This document shows positions 19,133 through 27,839 of a stretch of 32,000 bases of DNA, piece after piece. The position numbers and the translations under genes are program-made. Source of the stretch: Candidatus Jordarchaeales archaeon (GTDB lineage Archaea; Asgardarchaeota; Jordiarchaeia; Jordiarchaeales; Freyrarchaeaceae). The number at the start of each line of letters is the position of its first letter. The first letter of the stretch is position 1. The notes below the pieces were generated by a model. It was not told the DNA's origin. It saw only the letters and a list, made by a program, of their open reading frames with translations, and ran no database searches. The DNA is taken from contig JAWCFL010000010.1 in NCBI GenBank assembly GCA_038858525.1, forward strand, positions 31,922 to 63,921. The letters are read 5' to 3'.

Positions 19133-19346
19133 CTAGTCACCTAGAAGCTTATAGAATTCAGAAGCTTTTATTTTTTCTCACCGATTTACAATTTGAAGCT
19201 ACACTTAGCATCATGATTAAATTTTTTTCTTATTTAAATGGAGAAAAAGTTCTAATTTTCTTTTTATGTAAAACAGTATAGAAAAAATTTATAAGTTATT
19301 AATGTTTTATTCTTCTGCGGATTAACGCTGAAGGAGGAAGCGGACG

Positions 19347-19643
19347 TTGACTGTGGAAACAGGCGAAGAGGAGCTTGTGGTAAGCGATAAAAAAGCCATA
19401 GAGATAGCAAAGGCGCTCTCCTCTGAAACAAGATGGGAGATAATCAAGATCATATGTGAGAGGAAAATGGATGTGAGCAGAATAGCTGAGACCTTAAATC
19501 AGACAGAAGCCAACATATCGGCGCAGATAAAAATATTGGAGAAGGCAGGACTAATAAGAAGCTATTATTCTCCGGGCCAGCACGGCGTAAAAAAGGTCTG
19601 CGAACCTGCTGTTAAGCGCGTAGTAATAGTTTTATCTGATTAA
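19347..19643 (+). CDS. ArsR-family HTH transcriptional regulator
   Basis: KALSSETRWEII...VSRIAETLNQTEANISAQIKILEKAGLI; TTG start with a GGAGG SD. Confidence 0.85.
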   Translation: MTVETGEEELVVSDKKAIEIAKALSSETRWEIIKIICERKMDVSRIAETLNQTEANISAQIKILEKAGLIRSYYSPGQHGVKKVCEPAVKRVVIVLSD

Positions 19644-21145
19644 GTTTGCCGAAATGTTTCGCTTGCTTCAAAGCGTTTAGCTGCATCCTCCATAGTTTCC
19701 TCATAAGTTGAGGGAGATGCCTTTTTCTCTCTGACTTTTAGGAAGAGGGGAGCGTTAACTGCACTACCAACTATTAGTGCTTCTCCTACGGGGAGGTCTG
19801 CTATCATGCTAAGAGTCTCGCGGGTGATCATTTCGGAGGAGAGTTCTATGGCTTTCAGGTCATTTGGGTTGGTCACTCGCAGTATGATGTGGGTATTAGC
19901 CTGACTGAGGACGCTTGTTGCAAGCCTCACTGGGCGCTGAGAAATGAGGCAGAGTGAAAAGTGGAACTTTCTTCCCTCTCTCGCTATAGTTTCGATTATG
20001 CTTTTTGAGAGAGCTAGCTCCTGCTTCGCCTCGGGGCAGAATTGGTGTGCCTCCTCGAGTATTACGAGGGACGGTGGAATAGTGCCACGCCTCCTCAGCT
20101 CAAATAGTCTCTGGAGAACGTAGGCAACTATCATCTGCTTTTTCCTCAGGCTTAGGACGTCACTAAGGTCAAGTATTGCTGCTCGGCCGGGTTTGGCTTC
20201 TTCTGGAAGATACGGGTTTTCCTCTACTCCGAAGAGCTGCGTATCCTCCAGTTCATAGAGCCAGCCTAACAAAGCTTCCTTCGTTCTAGGATTCATTTTT
20301 TCATCTTCCTCAAGAAGCGAGACAACATCAGATAGAGAGTAAGTTTCACCTCTTGCCTTTCTTACCTCAGAAAGTAGGCGGCTTAGCTCACGCATTTGAA
20401 CAGGGCTCATCTCAGGCTGAAACATGGCTAACTGTCTCTCTGTGAATAGTGGCGTGGCGAATTGAACGTAGGAACCTTTTATTACAGACACTGCCCGAGC
20501 AAGCTCCCAGCTGCTATCTTGAGATAACGCCGTATACTCGCCGTGAACGTCAACCACCAAGGAGAATATTCTTCCTTTATCTCTACTTCTCGAGAGAACC
20601 TCCTCTAGAAGAACCGTTGCAAGGTATGACTTTCCGGAGCCGCTCATAGCAAGGATGGCCAAATGTTTTTGTAATAGACGCGTCATGTTGAGCTTAACTG
20701 GTACGTTATGATACCTCATGAAGCCTATCTCAAGCCCGTTTTCCTCGTCGAACCCGAAGAATCTTGAAAGAACGTTTCTTTCCGCCAGGTAAACCTTCTC
20801 TCCAGGGGAGGGGGGAAAGTTTATCTTGTCAAAACCTTCTTCTCTAAGAACGCCGAGAGGTTTGGCTGTTGCGATTAGCATGTCCCACCTATCACATGGG
20901 AAAATTGATGAAAGCATCCTCCCGCTTCTCTCAAGCTCTTTAACAGCCTCGGCATGATAATAGAAACGGTTTGTCTTCATTACTTCCTGCACAACTGCTA
21001 ACAGTAAGCCATCCTCGGTTTCGAGTTGGACAAGTTGCCCTCTCCTTACAGGAACTACTTCAGAAGACGTAACGACGAACGTAAACTCGGAGGTAGTCGG
21101 CCCCCGGTCGGTGCATATTACTGTTCCAACAGACTGCATTTCCAT
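19640..21145 (-). CDS. herA: HerA-type ATPase/helicase (HAS barrel, DUF87)
   Basis: HAS-barrel N-terminus, HLAILAMSGSGKSY, DVHGEY, LEEAHQF, AREGRKF, SQRP. Confidence 0.9.
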   Translation of the reverse strand: MEMQSVGTVICTDRGPTTSEFTFVVTSSEVVPVRRGQLVQLETEDGLLLAVVQEVMKTNRFYYHAEAVKELERSGRMLSSIFPCDRWDMLIATAKPLGVLREEGFDKINFPPSPGEKVYLAERNVLSRFFGFDEENGLEIGFMRYHNVPVKLNMTRLLQKHLAILAMSGSGKSYLATVLLEEVLSRSRDKGRIFSLVVDVHGEYTALSQDSSWELARAVSVIKGSYVQFATPLFTERQLAMFQPEMSPVQMRELSRLLSEVRKARGETYSLSDVVSLLEEDEKMNPRTKEALLGWLYELEDTQLFGVEENPYLPEEAKPGRAAILDLSDVLSLRKKQMIVAYVLQRLFELRRRGTIPPSLVILEEAHQFCPEAKQELALSKSIIETIAREGRKFHFSLCLISQRPVRLATSVLSQANTHIILRVTNPNDLKAIELSSEMITRETLSMIADLPVGEALIVGSAVNAPLFLKVREKKASPSTYEETMEDAAKRFEASETFRQT

Positions 21146-21151
21146 CCCCCT

Positions 21152-22333
21152 TCAGATAGGGAGCATCTTGTCCCTTGGCTTTAAGAAGCTTGGCGGGATA
21201 CCTATCTTGTGAGCAAGCTGGTCACATATAAAATCCATCTCTTTCTCGGCAAGCTTCGCCTGCGCGTGGGCTTCAAGCTGCACCGATGGAAGAGCATACT
21301 CCGGATGATGCATAGAGAGAGCCATTATGGCGGACGCCACCTTTCTAACTTCACCTGTAGGGTTTCCTGTAGCGAGAAACTCGACTCTTATCGGTCGGTC
21401 TAGCTCCGCCGGCTTAAGATAAGTTATGTAGAAACGGTCACGCCAATCCTTGCTCACGTCCTTTAATACGGGATGCACATTCGGGTTATCTGAGTACCTT
21501 AAGATCATGCTCCTTTCACCCTTATCCAGCAACCTGAAGAAAAGTTCTGAGTCAAGCAGGCTACGTATAAAGAGACGGTAATCAAAGGAGAGTATTTCCC
21601 TGAACGCCTTGTTTTTCTCCACTAGGGTGGGTATAACGCTTGAAAGTAGCTGGACGAAACGCGTACTACGTGTGTCCTTAACTACTCCGGCGAGCGATAC
21701 ACCGTTCTCAACACATGACCTGTAAAGCTTTTCAAATAACCCTAGAACCTTCAAGTACTTTGCTTCTAATCCGGGAGTGTAGGGTTTATCGCTCGCCTGC
21801 GGAAGTAGGCTTCCATCTAGGAGAAGCAGGTCTATGTCGTATTGTTTCTGTACATTGATGGCTACCTCTAATTCGTATGATAGCCTTTCGAGCCCCGCTG
21901 AAACATCAAAGTCCATCTGTGAGAAAGGGTCAGCGTTAAAAGTGATCTTTGGTGGAGGATGCTCTTCGGGATAATAGTAGGCGCTAACCCGGCCTCCGAC
22001 TTCGTATTTAAATATAACAGCGACAGCCCTCACGGCGATTACATCTATTAACCGAAGGCTCCTGCTAATCAGTCCTCCATCGACGCTAGCAACCTTTAAC
22101 CCCGTTAGGTCTGCCGGAGGGGATGGATAAGCAAGCTTGCTTTCAACTATGTCGTTGAAGGCCTTTTTTATTTCCTCGTCAAAGATCTCTTCTCCCTTAA
22201 AACGCCTAAGGACGCTTACAAGCATGTCTCTTCCCTTCTCTAGGCGTTTAACTTCAGAAGCTATGCTCTCCAGTTGCTTCTCCAAGTTCCAAGCAAAGCC
22301 CAACTTCTTATGTCCCCTCCGCAAATACGCCAC
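21152..22333 (-). CDS. nurA: NurA-family 5'-3' nuclease
   Basis: ASVDGG, LLLLDGSL, GVVKDTRS, EYALPSVQLEAH; directly upstream of herA. Confidence 0.85.
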   Translation of the reverse strand: MAYLRRGHKKLGFAWNLEKQLESIASEVKRLEKGRDMLVSVLRRFKGEEIFDEEIKKAFNDIVESKLAYPSPPADLTGLKVASVDGGLISRSLRLIDVIAVRAVAVIFKYEVGGRVSAYYYPEEHPPPKITFNADPFSQMDFDVSAGLERLSYELEVAINVQKQYDIDLLLLDGSLLPQASDKPYTPGLEAKYLKVLGLFEKLYRSCVENGVSLAGVVKDTRSTRFVQLLSSVIPTLVEKNKAFREILSFDYRLFIRSLLDSELFFRLLDKGERSMILRYSDNPNVHPVLKDVSKDWRDRFYITYLKPAELDRPIRVEFLATGNPTGEVRKVASAIMALSMHHPEYALPSVQLEAHAQAKLAEKEMDFICDQLAHKIGIPPSFLKPRDKMLPI

Positions 22334-22420
22334 TAAAAAGAGTGAACGAAAAAGAGAAATTCTTTTCTGATAAGCAACATTAAAAATAGAAAGAGCTGGA
22401 GGACAAAAAGGACGTTTGAA

Positions 22421-23437
22421 CTATGTGACTTCTCTTTTTTCCGTTATTATGCAGGATGCTGTTAATGGAACTACCGTAAGGAGGACGATTACTATTAGCG
22501 CCGTGGATGGGTCTACCATTCTTGAGATGATGAACTCCGAGAAGAAGCCGATCATTGTTATGATGTTCCAGAGGCTTTTGTAGTAGTTGAGGAAGCCGAG
22601 AGAGTGGTAATCTATCAGTTGGCTTGCCAGCCCGGGTATGTCGAAGAACCTTAAGTAGGAGGATAATCCTGCTCCTCCGAAGACGATTAACATGTTGGGA
22701 AGTATAGATAGTAATAGTAGAACTATGAGCGATGTTACTCCAGCAATTATTGACCTATCGATTAGTGAGGAGAAAAGTATGGTTATGGAGCCCACGGCAA
22801 GTATGAAGAGCCACGTGAAGAATATCAGTATTAGTAATAGATTGATGGTTTCTGAGACACCTGTGAAGAAGAGGGATAGAGGGGCAAGCAGCGTTGCGGC
22901 GTATGTGAAGTAGGCTAGAGAATATGTTAGAGCTGTTAAAGCCAAGCTCACTATGGCAAAGGCGAGAAACTTTGAGAGCACCAGCTGAGTCCTGTAAACC
23001 GGCTTTGAAACGTAGACGGGAAGTGTCCCCTTTTCCCTTTCGGACGCTATGAAGCCACAGGTGAGAAGGGTGACAATGGCTATTATTGGAATGTTCAGGT
23101 AGTATGTGGTGGCGCCTATGGTGTAGCTTATTACACCCCTTTGAACAGTCTGAACTCCCATAGCTGAAGAGAAAATGTCTCTGAACGTGTCAATGGCACC
23201 ATTTTCGAATATCCCATTTAAGAAAAACGCTTTTTCGATTTCAGCTAGGAGCTGAGGGTATTGCGTAGTCGCGTACGATATCAGTATTAGCTGCATGGGG
23301 AGGAGCATGAGGATGGAGAATATTACGAATGCTCTCGTCTTGTAAAGTGACTTTATTTCCTCTACCACTATGAAGGCTGTCTGGGAAAGTACTATCTGAG
23401 CCTTGTCTGTTAGGGAGAGAGACGCCATAATGGTCAC
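22421..23437 (-). CDS. ABC-2 type transporter permease
   Basis: Multi-TM protein with IASEREKGTL..YVSKPV.R...VLSKF; 4-nt overlap with the ATPase gene. Confidence 0.88.
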   Translation of the reverse strand: MTIMASLSLTDKAQIVLSQTAFIVVEEIKSLYKTRAFVIFSILMLLPMQLILISYATTQYPQLLAEIEKAFFLNGIFENGAIDTFRDIFSSAMGVQTVQRGVISYTIGATTYYLNIPIIAIVTLLTCGFIASEREKGTLPVYVSKPVYRTQLVLSKFLAFAIVSLALTALTYSLAYFTYAATLLAPLSLFFTGVSETINLLLILIFFTWLFILAVGSITILFSSLIDRSIIAGVTSLIVLLLLSILPNMLIVFGGAGLSSYLRFFDIPGLASQLIDYHSLGFLNYYKSLWNIITMIGFFSEFIISRMVDPSTALIVIVLLTVVPLTASCIITEKREVT

Positions 23438-24360
23438 CCACTACTGCTTTCAGAAACAAGCTGGAGAAAGACCTCCTGTAACGCCCCGCCGATCGGGGCA
23501 AACTTCACAATGCGTGCGTCCACCTCGGCGAGGACCTTAGGAATAATTCTTCCGACAGAGTCCATGTCGGAGGATGACACTATTATTCGTTCACCGTCGA
23601 TTGATGCATCCACACCATTTTCCTTCAGTAAGACGAGAACTTCATCTTTTTTGTCGACCACTAGCTCGTATCTTCCCGACTTGCCGTGGACAAGCTCCTG
23701 CACGATGTCCTTTAACTTTCCCTGCCTGAGCGTACGCCCTCTAAAAATGATCCCCACGTAGTCGCTCACCATTTCAACCTCTGAGAGAATGTGGCTTGAT
23801 AAAAGAACGGTTTTTCCGTCTCGGACGATATCTCTCACCTTGTCAAGTATTTCCTTTCTCCCGATGGGGTCTAGGTTTGTCGTAGGTTCGTCAAGTATTA
23901 GAAGGTCTGGGTCGCCCATTAACGCCTGAGCCAAACCGAGCCTCTGCTTCATGCCGGCACTCAGCGTTCCTATCGGCTGGTCTTCCCATCCCTCAAGCCC
24001 AACCCAAGCGAGGATTTCTTTCGCAGCTCTTTCAGCTTTAAGAGGCTTCATGTGGTTCAGTATGCCCACATACTTGAGAAAGTCAACGCATAAAACATGA
24101 TTATGGTACTCTATTCTTTCCGGGAGGTATCCTATCCTTCGCCTCACGTTGTAGCTTCCCGCCTTCTCGCCAAAAACACGCACTTCTCCTCCGCTAGGTT
24201 CTAGCAAACCTAGAATGATCTTTATGGTCGTTGTTTTCCCGGCGCCGTTAGGACCCAAAATGCCAAAGCAGACTCCTTCTGGAACCTCCAAATTCACGTC
24301 GTCAAGCGCCGTGAATTTACCAAAGACCTTTCTCAGCCCACTTATCGAGATAGCGCTCAT
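23434..24360 (-). CDS. ABC transporter ATP-binding protein (exporter type)
   Basis: GPNGAGKTT, LSAGMKQR, LILDEPT, SSH. Confidence 0.93.
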   Translation of the reverse strand: MSAISISGLRKVFGKFTALDDVNLEVPEGVCFGILGPNGAGKTTTIKIILGLLEPSGGEVRVFGEKAGSYNVRRRIGYLPERIEYHNHVLCVDFLKYVGILNHMKPLKAERAAKEILAWVGLEGWEDQPIGTLSAGMKQRLGLAQALMGDPDLLILDEPTTNLDPIGRKEILDKVRDIVRDGKTVLLSSHILSEVEMVSDYVGIIFRGRTLRQGKLKDIVQELVHGKSGRYELVVDKKDEVLVLLKENGVDASIDGERIIVSSSDMDSVGRIIPKVLAEVDARIVKFAPIGGALQEVFLQLVSESSSG

Positions 24361-25050
24361 CTACTTCTTCCTCCTGATTTTCGGTATAGAGAAGAAGAAA
24401 GCGACGAGAGACGGGATAAGGCTGAAGGGCAAAATAACTCTAAAATAGTAGTTCTTGGAAATGCTCAATTGCGCTCCCAGCACTGACTGTAAACGGTAGA
24501 CAGTCACAGAGTCTCCTTGCCTGACCTTTAAGTCCATCAGGAAACCGCTTCCCTTATCGTACTTAGCCACCGAAACAGTTTCCCCATCACCGTAGAAAAG
24601 TATGACCGCGCTCCTCGCAAGCTGGTTAACCCACTCATCGCATTCTCCAACTACAATGAACGAGTTTCCTTCAACGTCCACAGTAAACCCTAAAGGCAGC
24701 GCGGGAGGAACCCACCAAAGTATACCTCCCTGAGAGGCGTTATTCTCCCTCGTGAACAAATCCACCTCAACCGCCCGAACGTCGCCCAACCCATCCCTCA
24801 CCGAGAGAGTGATCGACGTGCCGTTGAACGAGGAGGACCAGACCGCCACATACGAAATGGAATTAAGCGTCGCTGTACCGTTCTCTTGAACCACGTAATT
24901 TTCCTTCAAATAGTAGAGAAGAAAGGGGCTAGTGGGTAAAGAGGCTGACGGGGAAGGAGAAACATAGACCCACATGCAAAGAGAGGCGACGACCACGCCT
25001 ATTACTGCAAGAGCTAAAAGGAGCTTGGCTGTCTCTCGAGCTGAACTCAA
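24361..25050 (-). CDS. Hypothetical exported protein with N-terminal signal/TM and C-terminal TM anchor
   Basis: Hydrophobic N-terminal helix, beta-rich middle, C-terminal VILPFSLIPSLVAFFF followed by KIRRKK; translationally coupled to its neighbours. Confidence 0.7.
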   Translation of the reverse strand: MSSARETAKLLLALAVIGVVVASLCMWVYVSPSPSASLPTSPFLLYYLKENYVVQENGTATLNSISYVAVWSSSFNGTSITLSVRDGLGDVRAVEVDLFTRENNASQGGILWWVPPALPLGFTVDVEGNSFIVVGECDEWVNQLARSAVILFYGDGETVSVAKYDKGSGFLMDLKVRQGDSVTVYRLQSVLGAQLSISKNYYFRVILPFSLIPSLVAFFFSIPKIRRKK

Positions 25051-25709
25051 CCATGAACCCTCCCACTAAACTTCTTCTTAACCAGCTTGTTAATAGACAC
25101 AACCACCAAAGGAAGAAGGAAAGAGCTCAAGTAGCAGGCAACCATGAAATTTCTCGCTTCAGGGGGCAGCTCCCCCGGGTTTGGCATTATGAAAGAAGAC
25201 ACCGCCTCATCAGACTTAAGGTGAACATCCTTTACACTCCCATTAGAATAAGTAACGGTCACTACCAAGTCAAAGGAAAAAGACACAGGCAACCCCGCCG
25301 TATCCTGCCAGACCACTAGAAGCTCGGAGACATAGATGGGTGAAAAACCAATAAGCGTAGAGTTGAACGCCTTATCAGACAAGAAGGCATCCCGTGCAGG
25401 AACCAAGAAGCCCCTTGAAACAACACTCCCATTACTCGTCCCTCTCAGCATCAGACTGTTCACTCCAGCTGTCGGAGCAGGTGAAGCAGTCATCATGAGC
25501 GACCAGCTTCCTATTCCTCCCTCGATCAGGATGCCAGTATCTACTGTGACGTTGAAATTAACGCCACTTCCATCAGCGTTAGGAAAAGTGTAGGTATGTC
25601 TCACTGGCTGAGCACTAACTGGGCCTGACGTGAAAACAGCGCATGGAGCAACCAATGCTAAAACTAAAAGAAAGACCAGCAGTCCAACAACGCGACGTTT
25701 GCTGAGCAT
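25047..25709 (-). CDS. Hypothetical exported protein with signal peptide and C-terminal TM anchor
   Basis: MLSKRR plus a hydrophobic signal, beta-rich domain, C-terminal TM followed by KKK. Confidence 0.7.
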   Translation of the reverse strand: MLSKRRVVGLLVFLLVLALVAPCAVFTSGPVSAQPVRHTYTFPNADGSGVNFNVTVDTGILIEGGIGSWSLMMTASPAPTAGVNSLMLRGTSNGSVVSRGFLVPARDAFLSDKAFNSTLIGFSPIYVSELLVVWQDTAGLPVSFSFDLVVTVTYSNGSVKDVHLKSDEAVSSFIMPNPGELPPEARNFMVACYLSSFLLPLVVVSINKLVKKKFSGRVHG

Positions 25710-25758
25710 GACGCCCCCGCCAAATATGTCGGTCTAAGATACATTCCGCAGCCACCCA

Positions 25759-25768
25759 TTTATATAAG
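25759..25768 (-). promoter_or_regulatory. Putative TATA box of the membrane-protein/ABC operon
   Basis: CTTATATAAA on the minus strand about 50 nt upstream of the ATG at 25709. Confidence 0.5.
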
Positions 25769-25996
25769 TGTTTTCATCATGGCAAGCCAACTAGCAACAA
25801 CCAAAGATCCAGAAGAAAAACCTGCGTCTAGAAAAAAATCGCGCCGTGCATTACCTCAAAAGCCAAGCTCCTATCCAGCCCATTTAATTCCATTCCTATT
25901 CCTTGAAAGTCTTCCCTTTACACCATCAACGAACGACACAAACACCCAAAAGACAAAGCAAAGCGACTAGAAAGGAGGAAAACAAGTTAACACGCC

Positions 25997-26023
25997 ACGA
26001 CAAGACTAAACGACAAGACTAAA
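25997..26023. repeat. 13-bp tandem duplication (CGACAAGACTAAA x2)
   Basis: Perfect copies at 25998-26010 and 26011-26023 in the divergent intergenic region. Confidence 0.8.
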
Positions 26024-26073
26024 AAATCGTGTAAACAGTAAAAGCACACGCAAAAACGCGGAGAAACCCAGAA

Positions 26074-26083
26074 TTTATTTAAG
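26074..26083 (+). promoter_or_regulatory. Putative TATA box of mat
   Basis: TTTATTTAAG about 75-85 nt upstream of the TTG start, implying a leader of about 55 nt. Confidence 0.45.
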
Positions 26084-26158
26084 GGCTCCGAGCCTGAATG
26101 AAGCTGAGGAAACCTATAGGAACAGATACCTCACACGAAACATGGGAGGGGCAACGCG

Positions 26159-27370
26159 TTGAACGTAAGAGTTAGCAGGCTATACAGTCAACCGGTTGAA
26201 ACCCTCGAGGTCGAAATCGTCGAGAGAAAGGGGATGGGGCACCCAGACAGCCTTTGCGATCACGCCGCCGAAGCTGCAAGCGTAAGCCTATCAAAGCATT
26301 ACTTGGAACAGTTCGGGGAAATCCTGCACCACAACGTCGACAAAGCGCTTCTAATCGGAGGAAGAGCCAACGTGAAGTTCGGCGGAGGAGAAATTCTCGA
26401 GCCGATAACGTTCATCCTCGCAGGCAGAGCCACAACGGAAGCAACCACAAAGGAAGGCGTAAAAACTATTCCAGCCGAGAAAATAGCGATTAAAAGCATC
26501 AAGGAAGAGCTCAGTAAATGCCTACGATTCCTAGACGTAGAAAAACACACCGTCATCAAAGCCATACTACGCCCAGGATCAACCGACCTACGCCACATAT
26601 TCGAGGAAGGAAAAAAAGAGGTGCCATTATCAAACGACACAAGCCTAGGCGTCGGATTCGCCCCCCTAACCGAAACAGAAAGAATAGTCTTAGAGGGAGA
26701 AAGATACCTCAACTCCAAAAAAACCAAGGAAAAGCTTCCAGAAGTCGGAGAAGACATAAAAATAATGGCCCTCAGAGAAAAAGAAAAAATAACGCTAACC
26801 GTAGCCGCAGCAATAATAGCCCCCCTCACACCCGACAAAGACCACTACATAAGCGTCAAGGAACAAGTAGAAGCAGAACTAGCTGACCTCGCCTCGACAT
26901 ACACAAACAAAGAAGTAGAAGTAAAAGTAAACGTAGGAGACAACTACGAAAAAGGGATATACTACCTCACACTAACAGGAACATCCGCTGAAAGCGGCGA
27001 CGACGGACAAGTCGGAAGAGGAAACAGATGCAACGGGCTAATAACTCCTAACAGGCCTATGAGCATGGAAGCAACAGCAGGAAAAAACCCTTACAGCCAC
27101 ATAGGAAAAATATACAACATCCTAGCAGGCTCCATAGCAAGCAGAGTAGTGATAGAAATAGGAGAAGTAAAAGAAGCGTACGCATACGTTCTAGGACAAA
27201 TAGGAAGAAAAATAAACGACCCATTAATGGTCAACCTGCAACTCATAGTAGACCCAGCCGCTCCATGGAACAGCATACAAAACGAAGCCCAACAAATAGC
27301 AAAAGAAGAAATATCTAAAGTGACAAACATAACAAAACTAATCCTAGAAAAACAAACACCACTATTCTAA
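26159..27370 (+). CDS. mat: Archaeal-type S-adenosylmethionine synthetase
   Basis: [70 protein letters not shown]. Confidence 0.95.
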   Translation: MNVRVSRLYSQPVETLEVEIVERKGMGHPDSLCDHAAEAASVSLSKHYLEQFGEILHHNVDKALLIGGRANVKFGGGEILEPITFILAGRATTEATTKEGVKTIPAEKIAIKSIKEELSKCLRFLDVEKHTVIKAILRPGSTDLRHIFEEGKKEVPLSNDTSLGVGFAPLTETERIVLEGERYLNSKKTKEKLPEVGEDIKIMALREKEKITLTVAAAIIAPLTPDKDHYISVKEQVEAELADLASTYTNKEVEVKVNVGDNYEKGIYYLTLTGTSAESGDDGQVGRGNRCNGLITPNRPMSMEATAGKNPYSHIGKIYNILAGSIASRVVIEIGEVKEAYAYVLGQIGRKINDPLMVNLQLIVDPAAPWNSIQNEAQQIAKEEISKVTNITKLILEKQTPLF

Positions 27371-27465
27371 CAACACACTAAACCACCCAAAAACAATAAA
27401 AATAAAAAGCAAAAAAAGACACTATAGCAATGTGCGGCCGTCGTCTAGCCTGGACCAGGACGTAG

Positions 27466-27482
27466 ACCCGACAGGGGCGAAT
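27466..27482 (+). other. 17-nt tRNA intron at position 29/30 (relaxed BHB)
   Basis: Bulge AG|A, inner hairpin CCC-GACA-GGG, central helix ACGU/GCGA (3 of 4 paired), bulge AU|G. Confidence 0.75.
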
Positions 27483-27505
27483 GCCCTCCAAGCCTGCGAC
27501 CCGGG

Positions 27506-27533
27506 TGACGCGCTACGACGGCGCGTCCGGGAA
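27506..27533 (+). other. 28-nt tRNA intron at position 53/54 (strict BHB)
   Basis: Central helix CCCG/CGGG, bulges GG|U and AA|U, inner stem GACGCGC/GCGCGUC, outer GA/UC pairs. Confidence 0.88.
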
Positions 27534-27571
27534 TTCAAATCCCGGCGGCCGCATCATCACTATTAATTGAC

Positions 27572-27580
27572 TTAATTTTT
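27572..27580 (+). terminator. Possible oligo-T terminator after the tRNA
   Basis: TTAATTTTT about 20 nt downstream of the tRNA end. Confidence 0.35.
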
Positions 27581-27839
27581 ATGTAAGCCTTTTTAACGTA
27601 GTGTCGTCCACATTTATCTATCTTTGAGTTTGTATGTTCTGTCGGCTTTTATTGTGACGGGTGCTCGTAAGGAGGTTTGCCATAGAGAAGTTTTTATGTT
27701 AAAAATTGAGAATTTAGAAGGAGGTGTGTTTTTTAGGGTATTATTATGCGGAAGTGTGAGGTTTAAGGGTTGAACCCAGAGCAGTTGGCTGTCGTGATTG
27801 CTTCTACACTCCAAATTATTGCCGAAGCGTGTTTTTCGT

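Larger units (their letters stand above)
27434..27553 (+). tRNA. tRNA-Gly(UCC) with two non-canonical introns (29/30 and 53/54); CCA not encoded
   Basis: Removing 27466-27482 and 27506-27533 gives a 75-nt cloverleaf: GCGGCCG/CGGCCGC acceptor, GUCU/GGAC D-stem, UAGGC/GCCUG anticodon stem, loop CCUCCAA, CCGGG-UUCAAAU-CCCGG T-arm, A73. Confidence 0.88.

Noticed and set aside
25806-25818. ORB-like TCCAGAAGAAA
   Set aside because: Single degenerate copy, no G-string, no inverted partner and not at the skew switch.
25779-25970. 63-aa ORF on the + strand
   Set aside because: Low-complexity product of the A/C-rich skew, with no SD or family motif.
26097-26140. SECIS-like AUGA...AAA...GA hairpin
   Set aside because: Helix II is too short, and there is no upstream same-strand gene with an in-frame UGA.
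26084-26145. Hammerhead ribozyme-like CUGAAUGA...GAAA
   Set aside because: The core has an extra base, stem II lacks the closing R-Y pair, and there is no stem III partner or UH site.
27507-27527. GACGCGC/GCGCGUC hairpin read as the long variable arm of tRNA-Leu/Ser/Sec
   Set aside because: That leaves two extra A's before the T-loop and no valid anticodon arm. The BHB-intron reading gives a clean 75-nt tRNA-Gly.
27614-27814. 66-aa ORF downstream of leuB
   Set aside because: No recognisable motif, and the composition reflects the skewed non-coding DNA.
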